Below the pieces are notes generated by a model. The model was not told the DNA's origin. It saw nothing but the letters and a program-made list of their open reading frames with translations, and made no database searches. A stretch of 64,000 bases of DNA from Amphiscolops sp. MND2022 (lineage: Eukaryota), in assembly GCA_964187785.1 (NCBI GenBank), contig OZ076409.1, forward strand, positions 56,484,001 to 56,548,000, in the 5' to 3' direction. Of this stretch, positions 11,901 through 23,195 are shown in pieces (position 1 is the first letter of the stretch; each line of letters begins with the position of its first letter). Made by a program: the position numbers and the translations under genes.

Positions 11901-13726
11901 TTCACCAAAATTACCGAGAATCAAAACTTCTATAACATTGGAGATCTTTTTAAAATAAAGACATGAATCAATGAATGAATGATTATTGAGTTCACTTTTT
12001 GTGACCCCGCCAGGTAGTCTATCAATTCTACAGCGGACACAGGCGGTGACCAATTTACAATAATGAGGTGCGTTAATTTCACAGTGCTTGTCACGTTCAT
12101 CAATTAGTCAAGTTTCAGAAGACTGGGTTTTTGTTGATAGCACTGGATTAGGTATTTTGACGTAGGTCTTGTAACTAAGCTCACACCAGTAACAAGTGGT
12201 AAAAAGAAATTGTTGCATTTTTGCCCACAGCCAAATTTTGAAGTTCGTGTTATGTATTGAGGCAAATGGTCCTGAAGATCGAATCTATACCACCATAGAT
12301 TGGCATCTGTGGTGGAATGGTCCGCATCAGCATTATTTTGTTCCGATACTACAGACATTTTTTTGTGGAGATGAAACTATTTGTAACTGCACCATGATGT
12401 ATCGTAATATTCTAACTAGTTTCGAAAGAATAAGATACAAAGATATAATTTTCCAAACTCTGCCCTAGAGTTTGTAAAGGGACCCGACTGGAAACGCCCC
12501 AGGGGCGGCATGACGTGGACCTAGCGAGACCTAGTCAAAACGGATCTCAGCTCCATCCTCAAATCCGTGAAAATGAATAAAGTCTGAGACGCGGAATAGT
12601 TCTCGATCACCAGCGACGCGGCAAGAAACATGCGCCAGTCAGTGGAACGCAATCATTCGTGACGTGCCAGAGGAGGGCAATGGGCAGTGACTGCTTAATA
12701 CGCCCTAACAGGAAACTGGAAAGATAAAATCGTAAATTAACATTATGGTATCACTTTAAGACGACGTGTTGATTCATGTATCTTTAAAGTATGTCAATGC
12801 CAGCACCTATAGATGGTCATCTCAAAACGGTAGTTAATTGCTAATTATGGGTACCGGTTACAAGGACGGTTGAAAATTCATTTCAGTTTAAGTGTGGTTT
12901 CTATCTCTTCTATCCCTCACGCCAACTAATGACAAAACGTATACAGAAAAGCTGGTGTAAAGAGATTGTGAATAACTGTACAAAACTGATAATTCGACGA
13001 GTAACGGGTTTCGACTTTTGAGGATTTGGAAATGTAAACTTTTCGAAGTAACGTATTTTCAACAGCAGTTTACTACCTAGAACATTTTTGAAACGTTAAT
13101 CTCATCGAAACGTTCAGTAGGCAAATAAAGGGGTATAAAATGGACCAACTGGGATGTGATATTTACACCTGCGGTCATTCCCAAAAGATCTTAGCATATG
13201 CAACTGTGAAAATTGTTGAGAAGAATGAAAAGGTTTCCTACACTAACTCAGAGTTTAATCACCTTCGTTCATTGGACTTTGAGTACTTTTGATTGTCTTT
13301 TCGCATTATAACATCACACGTCTCGGGCTGGGAGACCTTTAGTAACCGCTAGAGATGAGAAACTTAGTGGCTCGAACTCAGTTGTGATCGAACTCATTAC
13401 CGTTGTAAGTTAGATCCGATTAGCTACTTCATTATAATCTCAGTTCTGGCCAGGTTGTACAGCTTCGATTACAGAAGTAGTTAAATAGTTAGATCGGTCT
13501 AACTTGAAGGGTTAGCGTCATGGTTTACATTGGAATGTCATCACAACGATTTGATTCCAGAAGAGCCTTTCACGAAGAAAACTTGATGACGCGACTCTGT
13601 ATTGTTGAAAATAAGCGAACTTCTGACGCGACTCTGTATTGTTGAAAATAAGCGAACTTCTTTCCTATAACATTGCAAGTCTTTAAAACATAAATTTTAT
13701 AAGTCTTCACATTGCACAAAGAAATG

Positions 13727-14238
13727 AACAAGACGGAAACGTCCCAAGTCGGCGCCATATCTTAGGCTCAAAAATATTGGAAATATTTGGAAAAAAAATA
13801 TTTTTTTTCCAAAAAAGTATTTGGTAAAAAAGTCGCACAATGCCGAAAAACCTAAAAAGAGGTCATTTAGGCTCATTCAACGTTTTCTACAAACCGAAAA
13901 CTTCAAAAAAATGCAAGGGGGTACCCTTTGATAAAATTCGAAAATTTTCGAAAAAAAGTCGCATAGTGCCGAAAAAAAACCAAAGGGGGGACCCTTTGGT
14001 CTCACCTGTACTTTTGGAAGCATTAAAAAATTTATGGTTTAGTGCGAGAATCGAACCCACGCTCTCCGGCTTCGTCGAAGAAGAACAAATATGAAAGATG
14101 AACAAATATGAAAGATGAACAAATTGTAAGAAAAGTGGACCACTCAGAATGAGATTGTCAACTGAAAAAAAAACAAAAAAAACTACTCACTGTAAAAGAC
14201 GGGCTTTTTTCCTTAAGGGAAAAGGCGCCGACTAAAAA
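13727..14238 (-). mobile_element. Helentron/DINE-1-like non-autonomous element (family A)
   Basis: Subterminal inverted repeats AGTCGGCGCC/GGCGCCGACT, a hairpin at one end, a small terminal stem-loop plus CTTGTT at the other, T-run ends, and internal GGGGGACCC repeats. Confidence 0.75.
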
Positions 14239-15858
14239 CACATTTTACTCCCAACAAAGTCGGTCAATACTTATGCTCAGCTGCTTGGCATATTGAAAAT
14301 AGCCCTTGAATCAAATTTTGAAAATTTAAATTTTTTTGCGAGTTGCTGTTTTTTTAAAACGATCGAAGTACAGATAAATTGACATATTTTCGACTCCATG
14401 ATGTTGTTCTTCTTTGTAACGACCTGTTTTTAGAATGACCTTTTTGATTAGCAAAAATACAGGTCGCTGTACGCACATTTCACTGTATTTGGAAAATATG
14501 CACCTACTCCTTTGCGGCAGGCTGCATCATTGCGAGCGAAATTTTTGTCAAGTCCTTTGAACCACCGGCGCTTTTGTTATTTTCAGTGTCAACTGTCAAT
14601 TGACTACTTTGAACAAATTTTTATTTCAGAACATTGGCACCTCTGAAAGCAATGCTGTAACTATTCATTTGAAAAGTAAAGCATGAGTGCTCGAAAACAT
14701 GGCTTGTTTGTGAATTAAACTGATATTGTTCGTGAATTGAAATGATATGTTGGGTTGATAAAAGTTCAGGTCATAGGTCATGAACGGGCCATGGTTTTAA
14801 TCTTTGATATCGAGCTACTTGAACAATTCAATGCAAAACCATAGACCTTTCAATTTAAGATCATCCATGATTCATTCATGTCATTTCATGAAAAAGCTTT
14901 GAAGAGTTCAGATATTTTATTGACTTGAAATTGCAACTCACCCTTATAATGTGGGTACGCTCATCATTTGAAAGATTTTGTTCCAAAATTAAAAAAAATA
15001 TAAAATTCAAGATGTAAAAATACAATTTTAAAAATTATGTTCAAGATTTATAAACAGTGAACAGACAAAAGCGGCAATTTTACACTGTCATAAGCGCCCC
15101 AATGAAAAGCGCGTCGCTAATTTTCGAGCTGATTTCAAAGCCTCTAATTAGACTTAATTGATGGTTTTCACAGAAATAATTTTCCATTGGTAATTTCAGG
15201 TTTGACATTCCACTTTCAACAAATTCTACTTGAAAGTGACTTAATGATACAACTTGCTTTCATTTTTTGAAACACTTTCAATAGGTTTTTAATAGGAGTG
15301 AGGAATTTAAAGATAGTGCTGGAAAGGAGTCAGAAAATCCCCTGTCGGTTTTGATTGTGGCGCTGTTGATTGTGCATTTTGGGCGCTTTTGACTGAGTAA
15401 CCATACAAACTAAACATTTTCTCGCCATTTTCTTCGTAATGAAAGGAGGCGAAAGATGGAATGTTCGGATGAAGTGAATGGAACTTCATCTTTTTGAATA
15501 ATAAATCTGACCTTGCTCATAAACTCTTCTTTTCACACTTAATAGTTCATGAAGTTGAATCCACTTCATGTTTACCCATCCATGAAATCGGCAACTGCAT
15601 TCCAAAATACTGATACCGTCTTCAACACTGGGACGTTTTCGACATGTCAAATTCATGAAAACCACTTTTCACCAGTTATGCCATGTTGCATGTTTTTTGT
15701 TTCCGAATCGCAATTATGTGAAATTGACACAGTTCTGAGCTGAAGATGACAACACCACAGATGATGAATTAGACATTCTTTCATGTCAGATTCAACTTGA
15801 ACTTTCGAGAAGATAATGCTGTTCGAATTCCTTCAGCATCAAGGAAGCAGCCAAAGGC

Positions 15859-15926
15859 ATGGGGGTTTAGTTCAAGTGATAAGTAGAATTTATAAATTCT
15901 ACTTATCACTTGAACTAAACCCCCAT
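15859..15926. repeat. Perfect 68-bp palindrome with no spacer
   Basis: ATGGGGGTTTAGTTCAAGTGATAAGTAGAATTTA|TAAATTCTACTTATCACTTGAACTAAACCCCCAT. Confidence 0.95.
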
Positions 15927-16425
15927 ACCTGGTCTAGAACGCAATTAGCTCAAAGAAGAGAAACCTGATAAAGAATCTTTTGGTTTTACACTAATTCAAT
16001 TAATGATTATCAAAAGTAATAGACGCTCGTTTTAGCATCAGAATTTTACCAAAATTATAACCCAACTAAAAGCAAAGTGGAACTGCGACTTTGTCTCCTA
16101 TATTAGGCTTATACGCCTTTAGGAACGAATACGACACATCAAGTCCCAATTTTTGAAAGTGTCGGTATATTTGAAAAATACATGACTGAAAATTAGGTTA
16201 TGCACTCATGTATGTAGAGTGCCAGAATAGCAATTTGAAAAAGAACTATTTTCATTGTCTTTTATCTCGCAAGTTCCAATATCATCCGTGAAAATTATTG
16301 ATAACTCGGATCTAGTGCATTTTTATCGTTTTACTTGTTGTAACAGAAAACGTAAATGTTCATTCCCAAATTGGAAAGATACAACAATTTCGCGCGAAAC
16401 TTGATGTCATCATGAAAAAAATTCA

Positions 16426-17270
16426 AACAAACCGGGAACGGCATAAGTTGGCGCCATACCTAAGGCTCAAAAATTGCACAAGGACTTCAAAGTGTCAAGT
16501 ATTCTCTTCTACAGTACCCGAAAAACCCAAAAGTTGGACCGAACTGGCGCGCCAAAAAGGGGACCCTTTCGGATTTTTTTAACATCCATTCTGTTGCAAA
16601 AATTCAAAACAAAATGAAGGGGACCCTATGGGAGACCAGTGAGTTGTCGTGTATCGAGTTTTTCGTCTATCGTGTATTTCATGTAGTTCGTGTCTTTGCA
16701 AAAACCGTGACGCGAATTCGTTTTTTTTTGAAAAAAATCGCGTATTTTCTTGTATAATCGTGTATATTCGTGTATCTTTTCAAAAAAAATAAAAAGAACT
16801 TCGAGGTTTTTTGGCGACATACAGTTTCTTCTATATGTGCATCGTATGTCACATTGAGAAAATAGCCTTTCGACTGCTCCAAGGGCTTGCTGGAATGTCT
16901 AAAATTCCAAGAATCAATTTTTTCCCAAACTCACGTGCACAATTCAATTATCGTGTAATTTCGTTTGTTTTTGTGTATCTAAGAAAATCGTGTATCGTGT
17001 AGATTCGTGTATTGAAGAAGCAAAAAATGGTGTATTCTGTCGTGTATCGTGTATCGTGTACAATTCACTGGTGGAGACATTAAAATTTTCCAAATAAAAT
17101 CTCAAAAGGCCGAAAAAACTGAAAGAGGGACACTTTAGTCTCGCCCGGTGTTGTATATTACGCTGGTAAAAAAAACAACGTTTTCGATTCAGTTCCCTTA
17201 GCCAAACGATTTAATTTGACACCTTAAAGATTCGTAGAACTTTGTAGAACTATTTTGTCAGCTCGGGTGG
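16426..17270 (-). mobile_element. Helentron-like family A copy interrupted by a hAT MITE
   Basis: Starts AACAAACCGGGAACGGCATAAGTTGGCGCCATACCTAAGGCTCAAAA. The family body resumes after 17078. The right boundary is approximate. Confidence 0.65.
16637..17070. mobile_element. hAT-type MITE with TCGTGTA repeats (copy 1)
   Basis: 11-bp TIRs CAGTGAGTTGT/ACAATTCACTG. The 8-bp flanks TGGGAGAC/GTGGAGAC form a degenerate TSD. Many internal TCGTGTA motifs. Confidence 0.75.
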
Positions 17271-17300
17271 TCTTTAGTCAGCGCTTTTCTAGAGTCAGTG

Positions 17301-17797
17301 TTTTTAGTCGGCGCCTTTTCCCTTAAGGAAAAAAGCCCGACTATTACGATGGGAGATTTTTTTCTTTTTCAGCCTACAATCTCACTCTGAATGGTCCACT
17401 TTTTTACAATCTTTTGTTCATTTGTTCAACTAATTTTCTGAGAAGCAGGAGATCGTGGGTTCGATTCTCGCACTTAACCACAAATTTGTTTATGCTTCCA
17501 AAAGTAGAGGCGAGACCAAAGGCCCCCCCCCTTTGGGATTTTTCGGCACTATGTGACTTTTTTCGAAAACTTTTGAATTCTATCAAAGGGTACCCCCTTG
17601 CATTTTTTTGGAGTTTTCGGTTTGTAAATACTTTTATTGAGACTAAAAGGCCTATTTTTGAGTTTTTTCGCATTGTGCCACTTTTTTTAGAAAAAAAAAC
17701 TTTTTTTGAAAAAAATTTCCCAAATGTTTCCAAAGTTGTTCCTTGAATATTTTTGAGCCTTAGATATGGCGCCCTTTTGGGACGTTCCCGTCTTGTT
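17301..17797 (+). mobile_element. Helentron-like family A copy; uninterrupted paralogue of the Gypsy insertion site
   Basis: TTTTTAGTCGGCGCC...hairpin...GGGACGTTCCCGTCTTGTT. It contains the empty site GGGTACCCCCTTGC at about 17588-17601. Confidence 0.8.
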
Positions 17798-18639
17798 TTT
17801 CCATACACCTGAAGTGATCAAAGAAGTTCTACAAAATTTTATGGTGTCAAATTGAACCATTTGACTTACCGAACTGAATCAAAAAGGTTTTTCCTTTTTT
17901 TCCGCGTAAGATACATTACCGGGCGAGGCTAAAGGGCCCTGTCAGTTTCTTGTCGGTATTGTGCAACTTTTGTTCAAACTTGTTTTTCACAAAAGGGTCC
18001 CCCTTCATTTTTTTTGGAATTTTGCGACAGAATGGATGTTGAAAAATCCCAAAAGGTCCCCCTTTCGGTTTGTTTTTCGGCATTGTGGAAGAGAATACTT
18101 TGACTTTGAAGTCTTTTTGCAATTTTTGAGCCTTAAATATGGCTCCGACTTGGGCCGGTCCCGGTTTGTTTAAAAAGAGTCACTAGTATAGTCGCGTTTC
18201 ACTTGATAAACTGAACTTAGTGCGTTTTTATCGTTTAATACGTTGTACCGCAAAATGGTGATATAAGTGTTCAAATTGAGAAAATACAAAAATTCGACTC
18301 TAGAGGCGAACCCCAAACTTTAATTGCCAATACGTAAAACAGTTTGGAGACAAGAACTAAAACGTTTGGGGTGTGACTTCATCCATTGTGTAAAACCGTA
18401 CTACTATATTTGAATTTGAATAGTTATAGGAACTCGATACAAGTTAGATGCAAACGCCGTTCCGGGGGGACTAATGCTGAAAAACAAAATTAAAAAAGTT
18501 ATTCCTTGACTTAAAAACTCAGAGAGAGTTCGTTTGAGCTGAAAAACTTTCTAAATGAAAATGATAAAAATCTTGAAAGGAAGGGGAATGCAGGAAAGCT
18601 TACGGAGGGAGACCAAATGAAGGGGACCCTATTGGAGAC

Positions 18640-19073
18640 CAGTGAGTTGTCGTGTATCGAGTTTTTCGTCTATCGTGTATTTCATGTAGTTCGTGTCTTT
18701 GCAAAAACCGTGACGCGAATTCGTTTTTTTTTGAAAAAAATCGCGTATTTTCTTGTATAATCGTGTATATTCGTGTATCTTTTCAAAAAAAATAAAAAGA
18801 ACTTCGAGGTTTTTTGGCGACATACAGTTTCTTCTATATGTGCATCGTATGTCACATTGAGAAAATAGCCTTTCGACTGCTCCAAGGGCTTGCTGGAATG
18901 TCTAAAATTCCAAGAATCAATTTTTTCCCAAACTCACGTGCACAATTCAATTATCGTGTAATTTCGTTTGTTTTTGTGTATCTAAAAAAATCGTGTATCG
19001 TGTAGATTCGTGTATTGAAGAAGCAAAAAATGGTGTATTCTGTCGTGTATCGTGTATCGTGTACAAATCACTG
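18640..19073. mobile_element. hAT-type MITE (copy 2, produced by the tandem duplication)
   Basis: Near-identical TIRs to copy 1, with flanks TTGGAGAC/GTGGAGAC. Confidence 0.75.
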
Positions 19074-19598
19074 GTGGAGACATTAAAATTTTCCAAATAA
19101 AATCTCAAAAGGCCGAAAAAACTGAAAGAGGGACACTTTAGTCTCGCCCGGTGTTGTATATTACGCTGGTAAAAAAAACAACGTTTTCGATTCAGTTCCC
19201 CTAGCCAAACGATTTAATTTGACACCTTAAAGATTCGTAGAACTTTGTAGAACTATTTTGTCAGCTCGGGTGGTCTTTAGTCAGCGCTTTTCTAGAGTCA
19301 GTGTTTTTAGTCGGCGCCTTTTCCCTTAAGGAAAAAAGCCCGACTATTACGATGGGAGTTTTTTTCTTTTTCAGCCTACAATCTCACTCTGAATGGTCCA
19401 CTTTTTTACAATCTTTTGTTCATTTGTTCAACTAATTTTCTGAGAAGCAGGAGATCGTGGGTTCGATTCTCGCACTTAACCACAAATTTGTTTATGCTTC
19501 CAAAAGTAGAGGCGAGACCAAAGGCCCCCCCCCTTTGGGATTTTTCGGCACTATGTGACTTTTTTCGAAAACTTTTGAATTCTATCAAAGGGTACCCC

Positions 19599-22109
19599 TG
19601 TTACGACATATTGTCGGGTCGTTTTGAGTAGAACTTATTCTTACTGATTTTGTTGGAGTATAGAAACTTCTAGTTTCTTCCTCTACCTCTTCTTCGGTAT
19701 TTTCTCTAATGATCCCTCTTGTTTCAGGTTTCAAGAGTTTTAACATCTCCTTCTGGGATTCGATAAGAAGATTCTTAATTTCCGAAGTTATTTCCTCTTT
19801 CAAAGAGGCTCTCAAACTTTCTAAGAGACTATTCTCAATCCGGGGGGATTTTGGATTGGAAGGTCCCGCTACCTCATCGTCCTGGTTCAAAGGACAAGAA
19901 TTTCCTACCACTATAGGTGAAATCAGGCCTTCACTTACGTTCTCACTGGTGCTTTGCTGATCATTTCTTCTTTTTTGGCTTCTCGTTGTAGACATTTTGT
20001 AGAAAAGTTTGGATTTGAAGAATTGAATTTCTTTCAAATATTTTCTGACAAAAGTAGAATAAGGTGAGAGTGAAATTGAGAATTCGACTGAATTATACAA
20101 TTACTAAGGACTGAGTCCCTCAATCATCAAATCCTATCATATTTATACCCTCTTAGCATCATTTGATCACGATCATAATCCCTAATTTCCTTCGAACAAT
20201 TAGTCATTTCCTGTTTTATCGATGAAAAAATCACGAAGTTCCCAAATTTGCGCTGACATTCCGTCAAATTTTAAGACACGGCAAACCTAATCTAGCATTA
20301 GTCATCAACCGTAATCATATTATTTCAGCTCGGCGTCCTTTTATTTCCTCCCAAGCAGGAAGTAGATATTACTTCAGTCTGTCAAACCGGAAATGATTCC
20401 CTGTTTTACTGCTTTGGTTCGCGGGAAATTGACGCTGAGATGACGCCGGCATGAACAACTAATGCCTGAATTTTGATATTTTGCTCGAGAAAAATGCTAT
20501 GACTAATGTTTTCAGCCCTATAATTTCCAATGATGCTAAAGAGGAAGGAGAAACAAGCTCAAAGAATTAGCAACAATCTCAAATTAGTTTCAAATTAAAT
20601 GATTAACGATTAACAAAATAAAGCAACGACACATTGGCGTTTGGTGGATTGATGGACTAGGTTGTCTGAATCAGACTTTTGTCCAAATTTATTAATACTT
20701 CACTTACAAATAGCGTCTAATATCATTTTAGCGCTTATTTGGTAAATATGCATAATACTCTGTCAACAGATTTTAACTTGTACATGAAATAGTAATCTTG
20801 AACAAAACATCTGACGGTATGAGGACGGCACTTCATGGAACCTCTGAACAGGCAAGAGTCCAAAACCTTCTAACATCAGATTCCATTCATTACAGAACGC
20901 ACAAATGTAATACAAACATTTACTCTTGATTCATCCACGTTAGGGTTAGAATAATGCACATTCTGATTAGGGGGTGACGACGTACCGACGTCCAATTAAA
21001 CAACAAGGTTGTAGCACACACTTTATGCAGTACAAAAGTACAAATGTATGAAAATATATTTCCAATATGAAAATATCATCGAATTACTTTCGTCATGCCC
21101 ATAAACTGTGACTTTCACCTACATTATACTGGGACTTCCATTTCAACTTAAATTTTGGAGTAAAATTTATCCGACAAAGGAAATATTTGACGAAAACGTG
21201 GCATGGGACTCCAAATTCCCTTTTAATTATTTTGTTGGAACACCAAGTACTTTAAACGTATTCCTAGCCCTAATTCAATTTGATTGATATTCATCATAAC
21301 TTCTGGGTGGATTAAAACAACTCGTCTTGATGGAATTTGGACGTACCGTGGACGTACGTATTAGTATTAGGCCTGGTCCAACATAGTGGACGTAACGCGG
21401 ACGTAAATTTGAAGTAGAATTAGTCCTCGCCGAGAAGGCAATGCCGTGACGTCACTATGGCGGAAAATTGGAATGATTTCAAGTAGTGTATCTAATATAG
21501 GCGGTAAATTGGAATGGTTCTCTAGTGAGCGTGGACGAAACGGTGACGTCACGCTGTATACTTTCAAGTCTGCTTCTTACCGACATCTAATATACATGTA
21601 TCCTTTATTTTGTTTACTTAACGCAGTACCGACGTCCTAATCCGCACTAATTGCTGTTCAAAGTGCAATTAAGCTGCCTTTCTTAGAAAAGGAGTGGATA
21701 TCTCAGTGTGTCATCTCAATGTAGTTTCTATTTTAGATTCAGATAATGTCCTTTTTTCAACGGTGGTTTTGGGTATATTTCTATTTAGATCGGTCTATGG
21801 TCTTTATTTCATTGCGAGTTTTAATTTAGTTTTCAGGTGGCGAATGTTTCTATTTTGGCGTACTAAGGACGTCCTACCGGATGTGCGTGAAATCATCTTA
21901 TTTCAATTTTAATTTCATTTCTCATTTTTGTTTAAACTTTTCGTGAGTTGGGCGTTCGTTTTCGTATTCTTAGTCACAGTTTATTCTAAGGATAAGGTTT
22001 TAAAGTTACCAGTTGAAGTAAGATCTGGGGAATCTCAGATTGCCTCCGTGACCTCTCCCGATCTTCAGTCGTCTGCAACCACAAGCCAGACCGGGAGCGG
22101 GCTGTGACA
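19599..22109 (-). repeat. 3' LTR (2511 bp)
   Basis: TGTTACGAC...CTGTGACA. Matches 33326-35836 at constant offset 13727; no differences were noticed by eye. Confidence 0.96.
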
Positions 22110-22704
22110 GGGCCGCTCCTGTAGGAAGATTGACTTTGCCCGGGGCTCTGAGTTGCGAGGCAATTGTCAGAGTAGTGGTGACTGGCTGTACTCTCTTCTC
22201 CAAATCGTTCAAAGGACTTGGCTGCAAGAAGTTTATCATCCTTGGCGTTCCCGGCGGGGTGTTGAAGTAAGAAGAGGCGTCTTCCTGGTGCACTTTTTCG
22301 AGATATTCTGCTACTTTACTGCTCGTTGTCGATTCTTTATCGTCTGCCGAGGGTTCAACAACAAATATATCAGATGACAAACTTTCGTCAGGGCTCTCTG
22401 GAGAGTCGGCCATTACTTCTTCTTCGGGACTTTCCGATTGTGGGTATTGACCTGATTCCACAGTTTCAAAGCTCGTGCTGAGTTTCATCCTTTTGCATTC
22501 AGCTTCCAGAGAGTCCAGAGAGAGGTCGAGGAATTCTTCCTCATCTGCAGTAGCTTCCGCAGACGAATTCATTATTTCAACAATTATTCTAGGGTATTCT
22601 TTGTTGACTCTAGGTAGTGGTGTAGAAGCCCTCGTGATCTCACCCTCTTCTTCACTTGACGACGAGATGTCAATCAATTCGTAAATATCCAGTAGATTAT
22701 TCAT
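22006..22704 (-). CDS. Accessory ORF of the Gypsy element, 232 aa, acidic/Ser-rich, likely disordered, with SIM-like motifs
   Basis: ATG-initiated open frame with motifs LIDISSSSEEE, IIVEI, EEEFLDLSLD and DIFVVE. It crosses the LTR boundary and ends 104 nt inside the 3' LTR. Confidence 0.65.
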   Translation of the reverse strand: MNNLLDIYELIDISSSSEEEGEITRASTPLPRVNKEYPRIIVEIMNSSAEATADEEEFLDLSLDSLEAECKRMKLSTSFETVESGQYPQSESPEEEVMADSPESPDESLSSDIFVVEPSADDKESTTSSKVAEYLEKVHQEDASSYFNTPPGTPRMINFLQPSPLNDLEKRVQPVTTTLTIASQLRAPGKVNLPTGAALSQPAPGLACGCRRLKIGRGHGGNLRFPRSYFNW

Positions 22705-23195
22705 TTTCTTTGCGAGGTTTCTTTCTTTTGCAGCTGTCGCTTGTATTTAATTGTTCCACAATGAATTTGGGATTAATTAGGATTAAGGAGAATATTGGGA
22801 TAAATCCCTCCATTCTGATTGGTTAAACAATCGTTTTAATCCTTTTTAATCTTCAGGTGTTGACGCTGTGCCGGCGTCGTTTTTTATTGGCTGCGAATTG
22901 AATTAATCCGCTTGGCCAAGTTTGTCAACGTTATGCTGACGTCAATTTCGTTAGCTTAGCTAACTTTTGTTTTGTCACCGTTATGATGACGTCATTGTAG
23001 ATTATAGGATTAATTTTCCAACCCTCATAACCTTTTTGTCGACGTTATGCCGACGTCATTTTCGTCGATATTTCAATCGATCTATAGTGCCGACGTTATG
23101 CCGGCGTCAGTTTCGTTGGTGAATAGCCAACTTTTAGGTTTTGTCACCGTTATGATGACGTCATTTTTGGGCTTATTTTCAGATTGTCCTTTGTG
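22705..23195. promoter_or_regulatory. Putative bidirectional internal promoter with repeated GTTATG(C/A)(T/C)GACGTCA motifs
   Basis: Five to six copies about 50-65 bp apart (near 22866, 22930, 22980, 23045, 23095, 23149), three containing a perfect TGACGTCA. Lies between two divergent ATGs (22704 minus, 23196 plus). Confidence 0.55.

Larger units (their letters stand above)
16612..18614 (+). repeat. 2003-bp tandem segmental duplication, copy 1 (copy 2 is 18615-19598 plus 35837-36859)
   Basis: Near-identical sequence at offset 2003 (ORF 16626 vs 18629). Both copies end GCTTACGGAGGGAGACC. Copy 2 is split by the Gypsy element. Confidence 0.93.

Noticed and set aside
12000..12720. Possible exons or CpG-rich promoter
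   Set aside because: No recognisable protein motif or consistent splice model was found.
15300..15850. Coding-like stretch (also 37250-38000)
   Set aside because: Multiple stops in the frames examined and no assignable motifs; possibly old TE relics.
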